From Vulcanimicrobiota bacterium (GTDB taxonomy: Bacteria > Vulcanimicrobiota > Vulcanimicrobiia > Vulcanimicrobiales > Vulcanimicrobiaceae), in the NCBI GenBank assembly GCA_963812155.1, contig CAWETW010000003.1, positions 352,001 to 416,000 of the forward strand: a stretch of 64,000 nucleotides of DNA, written 5' to 3'. The notes below the pieces were generated by a model, which saw nothing but the letters and a program-made list of their open reading frames with translations, was not told where the DNA came from and made no database searches. Positions 37,765-47,615 of this stretch are shown here, in pieces. Every line of letters starts with the position of its first letter. The first letter of the stretch is position 1. The position numbers and the translations under genes were made by a program.

Positions 37765-38559
37765 TTACCCTGCGCGCGATCGAGTCGCGCACGTGCAGGT
37801 AGTAGCGCCGGTAGACGTCGTCGCCGGCATGCACGAGATCGCGCACGTACGCGCGTCGCGGGACGGTCGAGCAGCTCGCCGGGTGCGGCGACTTGTTCGA
37901 TCCGGCCGCCGTGCATAACGACGATGCGGTCGGCAAGTTTGAGCGCCTCGTCGAAGTCGTGCGTCACGAACAGCGTCGTCGTTCCGAGGTCGCGCACGAT
38001 CCGCGCGAGTTCGCGCTGCAGCGATGCGCGCACCAGCGCGTCGACGGCGCCGAACGGTTCGTCCATCAGCAGCACGCGCGGTCGCGCGGCAATCGCGCGC
38101 GCGACGCCGACGCGCTGCGCCTCGCCGCCGGAGAGTTCGCGGGGATGCCGGCTGCGGTAACGCGACGGTTCCAAACCGACCAGCGCGAGCAGCTCGTCGA
38201 CGCGAGCCGCGATGTCGGATGCCGGCCATCCGAGCAGGGACGGAACGACCGCAACGTTCTGCGCGACCGTCATGTGCGCGAACAATCCCACCGCTTGAAT
38301 CGCGTAGCCGATGGTGCGCCGCAGCTCGACCGCATCGACGCGACGCGACGTCGCGACCGTCGACCGACACGCTTCCCGCATCGAGCGTCACGAGCCGGTT
38401 GACGGTGCGCAGCAGGGTCGATTTTCCGCAGCCGGACGGGCCGAGCAACACGATCAGTTCGCCCGGCGCGGCCTCGAACGATACGTCGTCGACGGCGGCG
38501 CGATCGGCGCCGGCGTAACGAACGGTCGCGTTCGCAAAACGGATCGCGGCGCCGTTCAC
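37765..38559 (-). CDS. Osmoprotectant ABC transporter ATP-binding subunit (frameshifts near 38340 and 37855)
   Basis: GPSGCGKST; ELSGGEAQRVG, LLMDEPFGAVD, FVTHD; end approximate. Confidence 0.85.
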   Translation of the reverse strand: MNGAAIRFANATVRYAGADRAAVDDVSFEAAPGELIVLLGPSGCGKSTLLRTVNRLVTLDAGSVSVDGRDVASRRCGRAAAHHRLRDSSGGIVRAHDGRAERCGRSVPARMAGIRHRGSRRRAARAGRFGTVALPQPASPRTLRRRGAARRRRARDCRATARAADGRTVRRRRRAGARIAAARTRADRARPRNDDAVRDARLRRGAQTCRPHRRYARRPDRTSRRTRRAARPSRDARTCAISCMPATTSTGATTCTCATRSRAG

Positions 38560-39439
38560 GGTTTGACGCCCGCGAGGAAATGCCGCCGCGACGTCGGCCG
38601 GATCGCGATGCTCGCTCTCGACGGCGGCATTCATGCGTTGTGCGGCGCGGTCGGTGATCTTCGGTGAAACCGCGTCGAGCGTCGCGGCGATGCGCGGCAG
38701 GCGCCGCAGCGTCGCCTCGCGTACGACCGGCGCGACGTTGTACGGCGGCCAGAGATGGCGATCGTCGCGCAAGACGACGAGATCGTTGGTCGCGATCGCG
38801 CCGTCGGTGGTGAAGGCGCTGGCCACGTCGGCGCGGCCGTCGATCAACGCTTCGTATTTCAATGCGATGTCGTACGTGCGCACGTCGCGGAATTGAAATC
38901 CGCCGTAGACGCGCTGCAGGCCCGGCAGCCCGTCGGGACGGCTGAGGAACTCTTGAATCGTCGCCAAGCGCAGGCGCGCGGCGACCGGCGCGAGTTGCGA
39001 GAGCGTTTCGATGCCTTCGCGCTGCGAGATCGCGCGCGTCGTCGCGAGCGCTTGCGAATCGTTCATCGGGGACGGCGTCAGCCACGTCAGCGCGTAGCGG
39101 CGCTGGAACTCGCGAGCGACGGTTGCGTACAGCGCGCGCGGATCCTGCATCGGCGGAAGGTGCAGCACGTCGATGAGCGCCGTACCGGTGTATTCCGGGT
39201 AGAGGTCGATGTCGCCGCGTTCCATCGCGGCCATCGCGATTTGCGTCGACCCGAGGTTGAAAAGGCGGCGGACGCGCATTCCCGCGCGCTCGAGCGCTTG
39301 CGCGTAGATCTCCGCGATGATGAAACTCTCGGTGAAGTTCTTCGAGCCGACGACGACGCCGTCGTTGCGGCTTGCCGCACGCCGCCAGCAGCGAGGCGCC
39401 GCCGAGCATGGCGAGCGCGTGCGCGCGACTGACGCTCAC
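38556..39439 (-). CDS. Glycine betaine/choline ABC substrate-binding lipoprotein (frameshifts near 39370 and 38580)
   Basis: LAAC lipobox, GSKNFTE, DLYPEYTGT, EFLSRPDGLPGL, FTTDG, WPPYN. Confidence 0.85.
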
Positions 39440-40039
39440 GCCGCGGCCTCGATGCGCCGTCCGACGCGTCCGAGAACGAGTTCGACGCCGAGCGCCAGCG
39501 CGGCGACCGCCAGCGCGCCGGCCAGCAGCAGCGGTCACGTCGCCGGTCTGAAGCCCGCGAACGATCTCGTCGCCCAAGCCGCCCCCGCCGACGAACGTGG
39601 CCAGCGTTGCGCTGGCGATGGTCTCGGTCGCGGCCGTACGCACGCCCGCGAACGCCACCGGCAGCGCGAGCGGAACGATCACGCGGGCGAAGGTCTGGGC
39701 CGGCCTCATGCCCATGCCGGCGGCGGCGTCGAGCACGGTGGCCGGAACGCCGCGGATGCCCAGATCGACTCCGATGACGACCGGCGGCGTCGCCAACAGC
39801 GCCAGCGCGACGATGGCCGGCGCAGCGCCGACGCCGAGAAACGGCAGAAGCAGCGTGAGGACGGCCAGGCTCGGCAGCGTGCGGCCGATCCCTGCCAGCG
39901 CCAGGGCCGGGTTGCGCAGCGGAGCGATGGTCGCGGCGGCGATTCCGAGCGGAATCCCGGCCAGCAGCGCGAGGGCGAGGGCGCTCGCCGCCAACGCCGC
40001 GTGCTGGCCGGCGTGCGTCGCCAAATCGGCTACCATCAT
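39436..40039 (-). CDS. Osmoprotectant ABC transporter permease (frameshift near 39535)
   Basis: GRTLPSLAVL, DAAAGMGM, ATLATFVGGGGLG. Confidence 0.85.
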
Positions 40040-40087
40040 GGTCGCCAGAGTTTTGCCGCGCGGAGGCGAAACCCGTTGCTCCAACCT

Positions 40088-42199
40088 ATGATCGAACCGT
40101 CACTCCTGCGCAAGCCCCCGCCTCCGGCCGTCGCGATCGACGATGCCGCGCTATACATCAGCCGCGAACTCTCCTGGGTCGAGTTCAACGACCGGGTGCT
40201 CGAGGAAGGCCTCGACCCGAACAATCCGCTGCTCGAACGCCTCAAGTTCGTGGCCATTTACGAGACGAATCTCGACGAGTTTTTCATGATCCGGGTCGCG
40301 GCGATCAAGCAGCAGATCGAAGCGCAGGTCGTCCGCCGCTCCGACGACGGCCGCATGCCCGCCGAGCACCTTTCGGCGATTTCCGAGCGGTTGCGCACGT
40401 CGCTGCACACGCAAATGCGCTTGCTCAACGACGACCTGCTGCCGGCGCTCGAACGCGAAGGCATCCGGCTGATGCGCGTCTCCGATCTCGACGACGAAAC
40501 CCAAGCCGCGCTCGAGCGGGCGTTCGACGACACCGTCTTTCCCGTGCTGACGCCGCTTGCGGTCGATAGCGGCCATCCGTTTCCGTACATCTCGAACCTG
40601 TCGCTTTCGCTGGCCGTCGAACTCGAGGAGACGACGCGCGACGGCATCGAGCTGCATTTCGCGCGCGTGAAAATTCCGCCGACGCTGCCGCGCTTCATTC
40701 CGATCGAGACGGCGCCTCCGGGCGAACGGCGCTTCGTGCTGCTCGAAGATCTCATCGCGCATCACCTCGACGGACTCTTTCCCGGCATGCGCGTGCGCGA
40801 CGCGTATCTCTTCCGCGTCACGCGCGACGCCGACTTGGATCTGCAGGAAGACGAAGCCGACGATCTGCTGCGCGAGATCGAGTCGGAACTCCAGCGCCGC
40901 CGCTTCGGCAAGCCGGTGCGGCTGGAGATCGAACGCGGCATGCCCGAATATTTGCGCGATTTTCTGCTCAACGCGCTCGAACTGACCGCGGTCGACTGCT
41001 ACGACGTCGACGGCCTCATGGCGCTGAGCGACTTGTGGCAAATCGTCAACCTTCCCGGCTACGATCAGTTGCGAGACAAGCCGTTCCTGCCGGCGATCCC
41101 CAAGCGTCTCATCGGCGTGACCGACATGTTTGCGGCGATTCGGGAAGGCGACATACTGCTGCACCATCCGTACGAGTCGTTCGACCCGGTCGTTCAGTTT
41201 TTGCAGCAGGCCGCCAAAGACGAAAAAGTGCTCGCGATCAAAGCGACGCTCTACCGCACGTCGGGAAAAAACTCGCCGGTCACGCAAGCGCTCCTCGAGG
41301 CCGCCGAAAATGAAAAGCAGGTTGCGGTCGTCATCGAACTCAAGGCACGCTTCGACGAAGAGAACAACATCGAATGGGCCAGACGCCTGGAGCGTGCCGG
41401 CGCGCACGTCGTCTACGGCTTTGCGAATCAGAAAGTGCACGCGAAAACGCTGTTGGTGGTGCGCGAAGACGAAGACGGCTTACGGCGCTACATGCACTTC
41501 GGTACGGGCAACTACAACGAGAAATCCGCCCGGCTCTACACCGACGTCAGCCTGTTCACGTGCCGTCCGGAACTCGGCGGAGACGACGCGCAACTGTTCA
41601 ACGCGCTGACGGGTTTCTCGAAAATCACCGACTACGAAGAGCTCTGGGTCGCGCCGGTCACGCTGCGGCGCGAACTGATTTCGATGATCGAACGCGAAAC
41701 CGAACACGCGAAAGCGGGCCGCCCGGCGGGCATTCGCGCCAAACTCAACCACATCAGCGACGGTGAAGTGATTCGCACGCTCTACCGCGCCTCGCAAGCC
41801 GGCGTCGCGATCGACCTCTTGGTACGCGGGCAATGCGTGCTCCGGCCCGGCGTGCCGGGGTTGAGCGAACGCATCAGCGTCCGTAGCATCGTAGGACGCT
41901 TCCTCGAACATTCGCGCATCTACGCGTTCGAGAACGGCGGCGACCGCGAGGTCTTCATCGCGAGCGCCGACTGGATGGGGCGCAATCTCGACGGACGCGT
42001 CGAAATCGTCACGCCGGTGATCGATCCGATCGTGGCCGAAACGATCGACGGGCAAATCCTCACCGTGCTCTTCGCCGATAACGTCAAGGCGCGCGAACTG
42101 CTCGAAAACGGCACCTACCGCCGGCGCACGCCGGCTCCGGGCGAAATGCCGATCGACGCCCAGCGCGTGTTTCTCACCCAAGCGCAGTCCATCGGTTAA
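40088..42199 (+). CDS. ppk1: Polyphosphate kinase 1
   Basis: RELSWVEFNDRVL, NLDEFFMIRVA, HHPYESF, ELKARFDEENNI, KVHAK, GTGNYN, FLEHSR. Confidence 0.97.
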   Translation: MIEPSLLRKPPPPAVAIDDAALYISRELSWVEFNDRVLEEGLDPNNPLLERLKFVAIYETNLDEFFMIRVAAIKQQIEAQVVRRSDDGRMPAEHLSAISERLRTSLHTQMRLLNDDLLPALEREGIRLMRVSDLDDETQAALERAFDDTVFPVLTPLAVDSGHPFPYISNLSLSLAVELEETTRDGIELHFARVKIPPTLPRFIPIETAPPGERRFVLLEDLIAHHLDGLFPGMRVRDAYLFRVTRDADLDLQEDEADDLLREIESELQRRRFGKPVRLEIERGMPEYLRDFLLNALELTAVDCYDVDGLMALSDLWQIVNLPGYDQLRDKPFLPAIPKRLIGVTDMFAAIREGDILLHHPYESFDPVVQFLQQAAKDEKVLAIKATLYRTSGKNSPVTQALLEAAENEKQVAVVIELKARFDEENNIEWARRLERAGAHVVYGFANQKVHAKTLLVVREDEDGLRRYMHFGTGNYNEKSARLYTDVSLFTCRPELGGDDAQLFNALTGFSKITDYEELWVAPVTLRRELISMIERETEHAKAGRPAGIRAKLNHISDGEVIRTLYRASQAGVAIDLLVRGQCVLRPGVPGLSERISVRSIVGRFLEHSRIYAFENGGDREVFIASADWMGRNLDGRVEIVTPVIDPIVAETIDGQILTVLFADNVKARELLENGTYRRRTPAPGEMPIDAQRVFLTQAQSIG

Positions 42200-42663
42200 C
42201 CCAACGGGCGAGAAGCCAGCTCCAACACGACGTTCCACTCGTGGGACATCACCGGCTGCACCGATAAGCGTTGACCGCGTTTGAGCAGCGCCATGCCGGT
42301 GAGCCGCGGCTCGGCCCGCATGCGCGCGAGCGTCACCGGATGCGCGAACGATTCGACGTACTCGACGTCGACCATCATCCAAATCGGCTTGTCGGGTTTG
42401 GCGCGCCCGTCGAAGTATTCACCGCCGCGCTGGAACTGCGTGAAATCGGGATAGGCCTCTTTGACGACGCGGCAGATACCCACGGCGGCCGGCTCGGCGA
42501 TGCTGGAGTGATAGAAGAGCCCCAGGTCGCCGAGTTTCATCTCCATCATGTTGTTGCGCGCTTGAAAGCTGCGCACGCCGCTCCACGGCGTCGTCTTGTC
42601 GGCCCGCAGCTGGTCGAATGAGAATGCGTGCGGCTCGGTTTTGAACAGCCAGTATCGCGGCAT
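42196..42663 (-). CDS. EVE domain protein
   Basis: YWLFKTEP, WSGVRSFQARN, FYHS, RLSVQPV. Confidence 0.92.
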   Translation of the reverse strand: MPRYWLFKTEPHAFSFDQLRADKTTPWSGVRSFQARNNMMEMKLGDLGLFYHSSIAEPAAVGICRVVKEAYPDFTQFQRGGEYFDGRAKPDKPIWMMVDVEYVESFAHPVTLARMRAEPRLTGMALLKRGQRLSVQPVMSHEWNVVLELASRPLG

Positions 42664-42748
42664 GAGGGCGTTCGGCTATACCGCCGCCGCCGGGACTTCC
42701 TCCCGCCGTGGCGCCGTGCGGCTCTCGTGTGTTAAGGTAGGTGGCGCA

Positions 42749-43237
42749 ATGCAGCGAAACGTGATCCGCGCGACGCCCGCCGGGTGGCAGGACGTCGCAA
42801 TCGAAGGCTACCGGCCCGGTGACGATCCCGGTGGGACCGGCGTTTCCCGGCATACGATCGTCGGCGGACGGAAGATCGACGCTCGCGATCCGGGCCCTGC
42901 GATGGAGTTACGCTATTTCGAACTGCAGCCCGGCGCCGCTTCGCGGCTGGAGAAACACGAGCACGAACACTACGTGATCGTCCGCCGCGGCGACGGGTAT
43001 GCGATCGTCGGCGACGTCGCGACGGAAATATCGGCCGGCGACGTCGTCTACGTCGGCGCGCTGGAACTGCATCAGTTCGTCAATCGCGGTGAGACGCCGT
43101 TCGGATTCTTCTGTTTCGTCGACGCGTGCCGTGACTTTTCGCAGCAGCCGTCGAGCGAAGATCTCGAGCGGCTGGCGGCCTCGCCGGCCGGCGCGGTCGC
43201 AAAACCTTTCGCCGTTCCGCCCGCGCGTTCGCGCTAG
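42749..43237 (+). CDS. Cupin domain protein
   Basis: ELRYFELQPG..LEKHEHEH, GDVVYV..LHQF, FGFFCFVD. Confidence 0.85.
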   Translation: MQRNVIRATPAGWQDVAIEGYRPGDDPGGTGVSRHTIVGGRKIDARDPGPAMELRYFELQPGAASRLEKHEHEHYVIVRRGDGYAIVGDVATEISAGDVVYVGALELHQFVNRGETPFGFFCFVDACRDFSQQPSSEDLERLAASPAGAVAKPFAVPPARSR

Positions 43238-44115
43238 CGCTCCGCGCCTTCCGGTCCCGTCGCGATCGGTCGCGACGGATCGGCGATCCATTCGCTCCAG
43301 GAGCCGCCGTAGACCCGCGATCCGTGCAGCCCGGCATGCACCATCGCGAGCTGGTTGGCCGCCGCCGATACCCCGGAGCCGCAGTTGTGCACGACCCGTT
43401 GCGGATCGACGCCGTGCGCCGCAAACTCCTCACGCAGTGCGGCCGGCGATTTGAACGTTCCGTCGCCGGCGAAATTTCGTTTGAACCAGCGGTTGCGCGC
43501 GCCGGGGATGTGCCCGGCAACAGGGTCGATCGTTTCGTTCAGGCCGGCAAAACGGTCTTCGGCGCGCGCATCGAGCAGCTGCATGCCGTCGTTGCCGAGA
43601 TGCGCTTGCACGTAGGCTGCGTCGACGAGCGCGCGTGCATCGGGATGCGCGGTGATATCGCCCTGGCGCGGCGCGCGTGGTGTTGCGGCGCTGACGGGAT
43701 AGCCGGCCGCCTGCCACGCGGCGAAACCGCCATCGAGCACGGCCACGGCTTGGTGGCCGATCCAGCGGCATAAAAACCACATTCGCGCCGCAAACATGTC
43801 GGCGCCCGCGTCGTAGGCGACGATTTGCGTCGCCGCGTTGACGCCGATGCTGCGGAGAAACGTCGCGAACGCATCCGGGTCGGGCATCGGATGACGGCCG
43901 TTCTTGCCGGTCTTGCTTCCGGCTAAGTCGTCCTCAACGCCGGCAAAAAAGGCACCGGGGACGTGCGCTTCCTCGTACTGGCGGCGTCCGAGACCAAAAT
44001 CGGCGAGCGCATGACGGCAGTCGACGATCGCGTACGACGCATCGTCGAGGTGCGCGTGAAGCGCCTCGGCCGGTATCAGCGTCGTGAACGGGCCCGAGTC
44101 GCGCGCGACGCTCAA
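43234..44115 (-). CDS. Two-domain rhodanese/3-mercaptopyruvate sulfurtransferase (SseA-like)
   Basis: HVPGA, GRHPMP, LDGGFAAW, GHIPGA, CGSGVSA, YGGSWSEW; TTG start overlaps the grx stop. Confidence 0.9.
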   Translation of the reverse strand: MSVARDSGPFTTLIPAEALHAHLDDASYAIVDCRHALADFGLGRRQYEEAHVPGAFFAGVEDDLAGSKTGKNGRHPMPDPDAFATFLRSIGVNAATQIVAYDAGADMFAARMWFLCRWIGHQAVAVLDGGFAAWQAAGYPVSAATPRAPRQGDITAHPDARALVDAAYVQAHLGNDGMQLLDARAEDRFAGLNETIDPVAGHIPGARNRWFKRNFAGDGTFKSPAALREEFAAHGVDPQRVVHNCGSGVSAAANQLAMVHAGLHGSRVYGGSWSEWIADPSRPIATGPEGAER

Positions 44116-44489
44116 TGCAGGTTGATCGTTTGCTTCGCCGCGGGCTCGGCACCGTCGAAGGCGCTGCTCAACAGTGTCTGGAGTTCGCCGTTCTGCGCCA
44201 TCGGTCCGAGGATGTCGGTGTCGCCGTAAAACGCTCCCTTGATGAAGACCTTCGGCAGCGTGGGCCAATCGGTCATCGCGGCGAGCGCTTCGCGTTTAGG
44301 CCCGTTCTCGAGCACGTCGATGACTTCGAACGGATAGCCGAAACGATCGAAGAATTGAATCGTCTCGAGCGTGAAGCCGCAACGCGGAGCGGTCTTGGTT
44401 CCTTTACCGTAGACGAGAATCGTATGTTCGGCGACTTCGCGCTGAATCTCGTCGTTGAGTTGCTGGGATTCGGGCATCGTGGTTGTCAA
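44112..44489 (-). CDS. Monothiol glutaredoxin (Grx4-like)
   Basis: KGTKTAPRCGFT, WPTLPKVFIKG..GDTD. Confidence 0.9.
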   Translation of the reverse strand: MTTTMPESQQLNDEIQREVAEHTILVYGKGTKTAPRCGFTLETIQFFDRFGYPFEVIDVLENGPKREALAAMTDWPTLPKVFIKGAFYGDTDILGPMAQNGELQTLLSSAFDGAEPAAKQTINLH

Positions 44490-44722
44490 CTTTCCGCAGG
44501 CAGAGTGGTGAGTTCGACGGCGTGCACGCGGCCGTCGTCGAGCGCGGGTTTCAGCGCCGCGTAGACGAGGCGGTGCTGCGCGAGGAGCGTTTGTCCCTCG
44601 AACGCGCGCGAACGAACCGTCACGTTAAAATGATCCATCGTTCCCGTCCGGTCGAAGACGCGCACGTCGGCGTCGGGCAGCTGCTCGCGAATCAGGTTGG
44701 CTAGCGATGCGTCGTCGATCAC
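44486..44722 (-). CDS. BolA family protein
   Basis: DHFNVTVRSRAFEG..LAQHRLVYAAL..VHAVEL. Confidence 0.9.
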   Translation of the reverse strand: MIDDASLANLIREQLPDADVRVFDRTGTMDHFNVTVRSRAFEGQTLLAQHRLVYAALKPALDDGRVHAVELTTLPAES

Positions 44723-44974
44723 GATTTCAGACGCGGCGAGCCGCCGCTCAACGTTTGCGCCAACCCGCGCGCTTCGCCGAGGGTTTCGGGCAGACGGTTG
44801 GCACTCTGGCTGAGCGCTGTCGTGACCCCGGTCGCGATAATGATGCCGCTCGCGCCGATCAGAATCGCGGGAACGCCGGTCGCCCGGAAACGGTCCGATT
44901 TCAAGGGTAAAGGTCTTTTGCAGTTTCGCGGCTCCGCGAAAGAAGGCTGCGAGCGTTCGCATGCGTCTTTTCAT
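44719..44974 (-). CDS. Small membrane protein, reconstructed across one frameshift near 44888
   Basis: MKRRMRTLAAFFRGAAKLQKTFTLEIGPF joins RATGVPAILIGASGIII..PRLKS if one base is removed; stop overlaps bolA start. Confidence 0.55.
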
Positions 44975-45040
44975 GGGCGGCCCTTCTACGGCGCGGCAGC
45001 GTGGAAGGCCTGGCCCGCGACGCTGCGAGAATGCCGCCGG

Positions 45041-46048
45041 ATGCGCGCCGTTCGATTACACGAGCTCGGTGGTCCGCAATGCCTGCGTCTCGACGAGGTT
45101 CCGATGCCGCAGCCGGCTGCGGGGGAGGCGCTCGTTCGCGTGGGCGCCGCGGCCTTCAACCGGCGCGACGTGTTCATCACGCAAGGACTCTACCCGGGCA
45201 TTGCACTGCCCAAAACACTTGGTTCGGACGGTGCCGGCGTCCTGGAAGCGCTCGGCGGCGACGCCGCCTGCAGCGCGCGCGTGGGCGATGCGGTCGTGAT
45301 CGATCCGATGCTCGATTGGGGCAGCGACGCGCGCGTTTGGGACGCGAAGCGTTCGAGCATCCTCGGGATGCCGCGCGACGGAACGTTCGCGCAATACGTC
45401 ACCGTGCCGGCCGGAAATGTGTATCCGAAGCCGGCGCGTTTGTCCGCGCAGGAAGCGGCGGCAATTCCGCTCGCGGGATTGACGGCCTATCGCGCGCTCT
45501 TCACGCGCGGCGCGCTGCGCGCGGGCGAAACGGTGCTGATCCCCGGGATCGGCGGCGGCGTGCAGACGTTCGTGCTGCTCTTCGCCAAGCACGCCGGAGC
45601 GCGCACGATCGTAACGTCGGGCAGCGACGAGAAACTCGAACGCGCGAAGGCGCTCGGCGCCGACGTGACGCTGAACTATGCGACCGTGCCGGACTGGCAC
45701 AAGCGCGCGCGCGCCGAGGGCCCGGTCGATCTCGTCGTGGATTCGTCGGGCGGCGATACGCTTGCCAAAGCGCTCGACGCCGTCGTACCGGGCGGCCGCG
45801 TCGTCCTCTACGGCGGGACGCGCGGTGAAGCGACCGTAAAACTCTTTCCGCTGTTCTGGAAGCACGTGTCGATTCTTGGAACGTCAATGGGGAGTCCGCA
45901 AGACTTCACCGCGATGTTGAAACTGTTCGAAGAAAGCACGATCGTACCGGCGATCGACCGCGTCTTTGCGCTGGACGAAGCGGCAGCCGCAGCGGAGCGC
46001 ATGGCGGAATCGAATCAGTTCGGCAAGATCGTGCTGCGCGTGGAGTAG
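45041..46048 (+). CDS. Zn-binding dehydrogenase/quinone oxidoreductase (MDR family)
   Basis: NRRD, LGSDGAG, GTFAQY, LAGLTAYRAL, GIGGGV, GTSMGS, QFGKIVL. Confidence 0.9.
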   Translation: MRAVRLHELGGPQCLRLDEVPMPQPAAGEALVRVGAAAFNRRDVFITQGLYPGIALPKTLGSDGAGVLEALGGDAACSARVGDAVVIDPMLDWGSDARVWDAKRSSILGMPRDGTFAQYVTVPAGNVYPKPARLSAQEAAAIPLAGLTAYRALFTRGALRAGETVLIPGIGGGVQTFVLLFAKHAGARTIVTSGSDEKLERAKALGADVTLNYATVPDWHKRARAEGPVDLVVDSSGGDTLAKALDAVVPGGRVVLYGGTRGEATVKLFPLFWKHVSILGTSMGSPQDFTAMLKLFEESTIVPAIDRVFALDEAAAAAERMAESNQFGKIVLRVE

Positions 46049-46058
46049 CCGGCCCCCG

Positions 46059-46689
46059 CTAAACCGCGTTGTTCTCCGGGACGCCAAAACACGTCCCTTC
46101 CGGCGGCGGCGCGTCTTGGTAGATCGGCCCCGCGTTTTCGACCGGCAAACCGTCTTGCGGATTCAGCACGGCCGCTACTTTGCCGTCCGGCGTCAGATGA
46201 TTCTCGCACCAGAAAACGGCGTGCGGTTTCGACGCTTTGTCGCCGCCGATCCAGAGATCGAACCACAGGCCGGAGCAGCCGTTGTGACCGTGTCCACGAT
46301 GCGGTCCCGAATGGGCGCAGTCGTCTTCACGAATGAAGTACTGCTGCAAAAACGGCACGTAAATCTTCATGCCATAGGGAATTTGCGCGTCGTTCTTGCG
46401 CTCGGTTGCAAACGTCGTCGGGTTGCAGTAACTGCCGTCGCCCGACGCAACCTTGTGAATCACCGGATGCGCGATCCGCGCCCCCGGCGGGCTATTGTCG
46501 GGCCAGCCATAGAACGTGATCGTCGCCTTCACGTTCGTGGGGTCGATCTTCGTCACGTAACAGCCGAACGGCAGCGCCGAAAATCCGGTACCGTTTGGAA
46601 CGGAGGTGGACGTAACGTTCGGGCCCGCGCACGATGCGAGCAGCGCGCCGCCCAAAGTGACCATAAAACTAATTCCCGCGGATCGTCAT
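46059..46689 (-). CDS. Cys-rich lipoprotein (3D/double-psi-barrel-like); N-terminus reconstructed across a frameshift near 46680
   Basis: AAGGAG RBS before ATG 46689; LASC lipobox; TFYGWPDNSPPG, PTTFAT, IYVPFLQQYFIREDDC, DLWIGG. Confidence 0.65.
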
Positions 46690-46700
46690 CGTGGACTCCT

Positions 46701-47615
46701 TTATACGAGACGGTAAGCGTAAACGTCGGTGACCGCCATCGCGGCGCCGAGTTCGGCCGCGACGACGGCGGCTTGATCGCGTCCGACGAGACGTTCGAGA
46801 TCGGGATTGAGCGTTTCCGATTCGGCCGCGGTCATCGCCCGCTCGAGGCGTCGCGCGACGACGCGGCCCTCGGCTTCGAGTGCGATGAGGTGGGCGAGCA
46901 GTTGTCGCGCCATGGCGGGATAGAGTTCCGAGCGCGCGGTTCCGTAGATACCCACGACGAGTTCGGGAATCGTTTGCGCGCCGCGCTCGGCGAGTGCACC
47001 GAGCAGCTCGCGCTCGCGCATTTCGCGGTGCGCGATGTATTCCGCGATCTTGCCCTGCGCGTCCGCAACGATAGGACCGTGTCCGCCGTAGATCGTGCGC
47101 GCATCGCCGAACTCGCGGGCCAGGCGCTGCAGCGTGTGCTGATACGGGCGCATCGCGCCGTGCGGCGGCGCGATCACGACGGTTCCTTCGCCGAGGATCA
47201 CGTCGCCGGTGAACAGCGCGTGCTCTTCGCGCAGGTGGAAGACGACGTGATCGAACGTGTGGCCGGGCGCATCCATGACGTCGAGCGCGATGCTGCCGGC
47301 GTGCAGCGGCGCGTCTAACGGCAGATCCCGGTCGCGCACGACGCTTCCGGCGGGATGGGCGTAGACGGGCGCGCCGGTGCGCGCGGCTAGGTGCGCCGCC
47401 GCAGGTGCGTGATCGGGATGCCCGTGCGTAACGGCGATCGCGGCGATCGTCAGGCCGCGCGCGCGTGCCGTCTCGACGATTGCGTCGACGTGCCCAGGAA
47501 TCGGCGGCCCGGGATCGATGACGAGCGCGTTGCCGCCTCCGCAATCGACGACGTATGAATTCGTTCCGCTCAGCGTCATCGGCGACGGATTCGGAGCGCG
47601 AACGAGCGTTACCAT
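46701..47615 (-). CDS. MBL-fold metallo-hydrolase (LACTB2-like)
   Basis: APNPSPMTLSGTNSY, IDPGP, THGHPDH, PGHT, FTGD, GHG, YIAHR. Confidence 0.9.
   Translation of the reverse strand: MVTLVRAPNPSPMTLSGTNSYVVDCGGGNALVIDPGPPIPGHVDAIVETARARGLTIAAIAVTHGHPDHAPAAAHLAARTGAPVYAHPAGSVVRDRDLPLDAPLHAGSIALDVMDAPGHTFDHVVFHLREEHALFTGDVILGEGTVVIAPPHGAMRPYQHTLQRLAREFGDARTIYGGHGPIVADAQGKIAEYIAHREMRERELLGALAERGAQTIPELVVGIYGTARSELYPAMARQLLAHLIALEAEGRVVARRLERAMTAAESETLNPDLERLVGRDQAAVVAAELGAAMAVTDVYAYRLV

Noticed and set aside
18036..45040. Recurrent AGG-N18-23-(C/A)GAA pattern upstream of several genes as an ECF promoter
   Set aside because: Spacing too variable to support by eye in a GC-rich sequence; needs motif statistics
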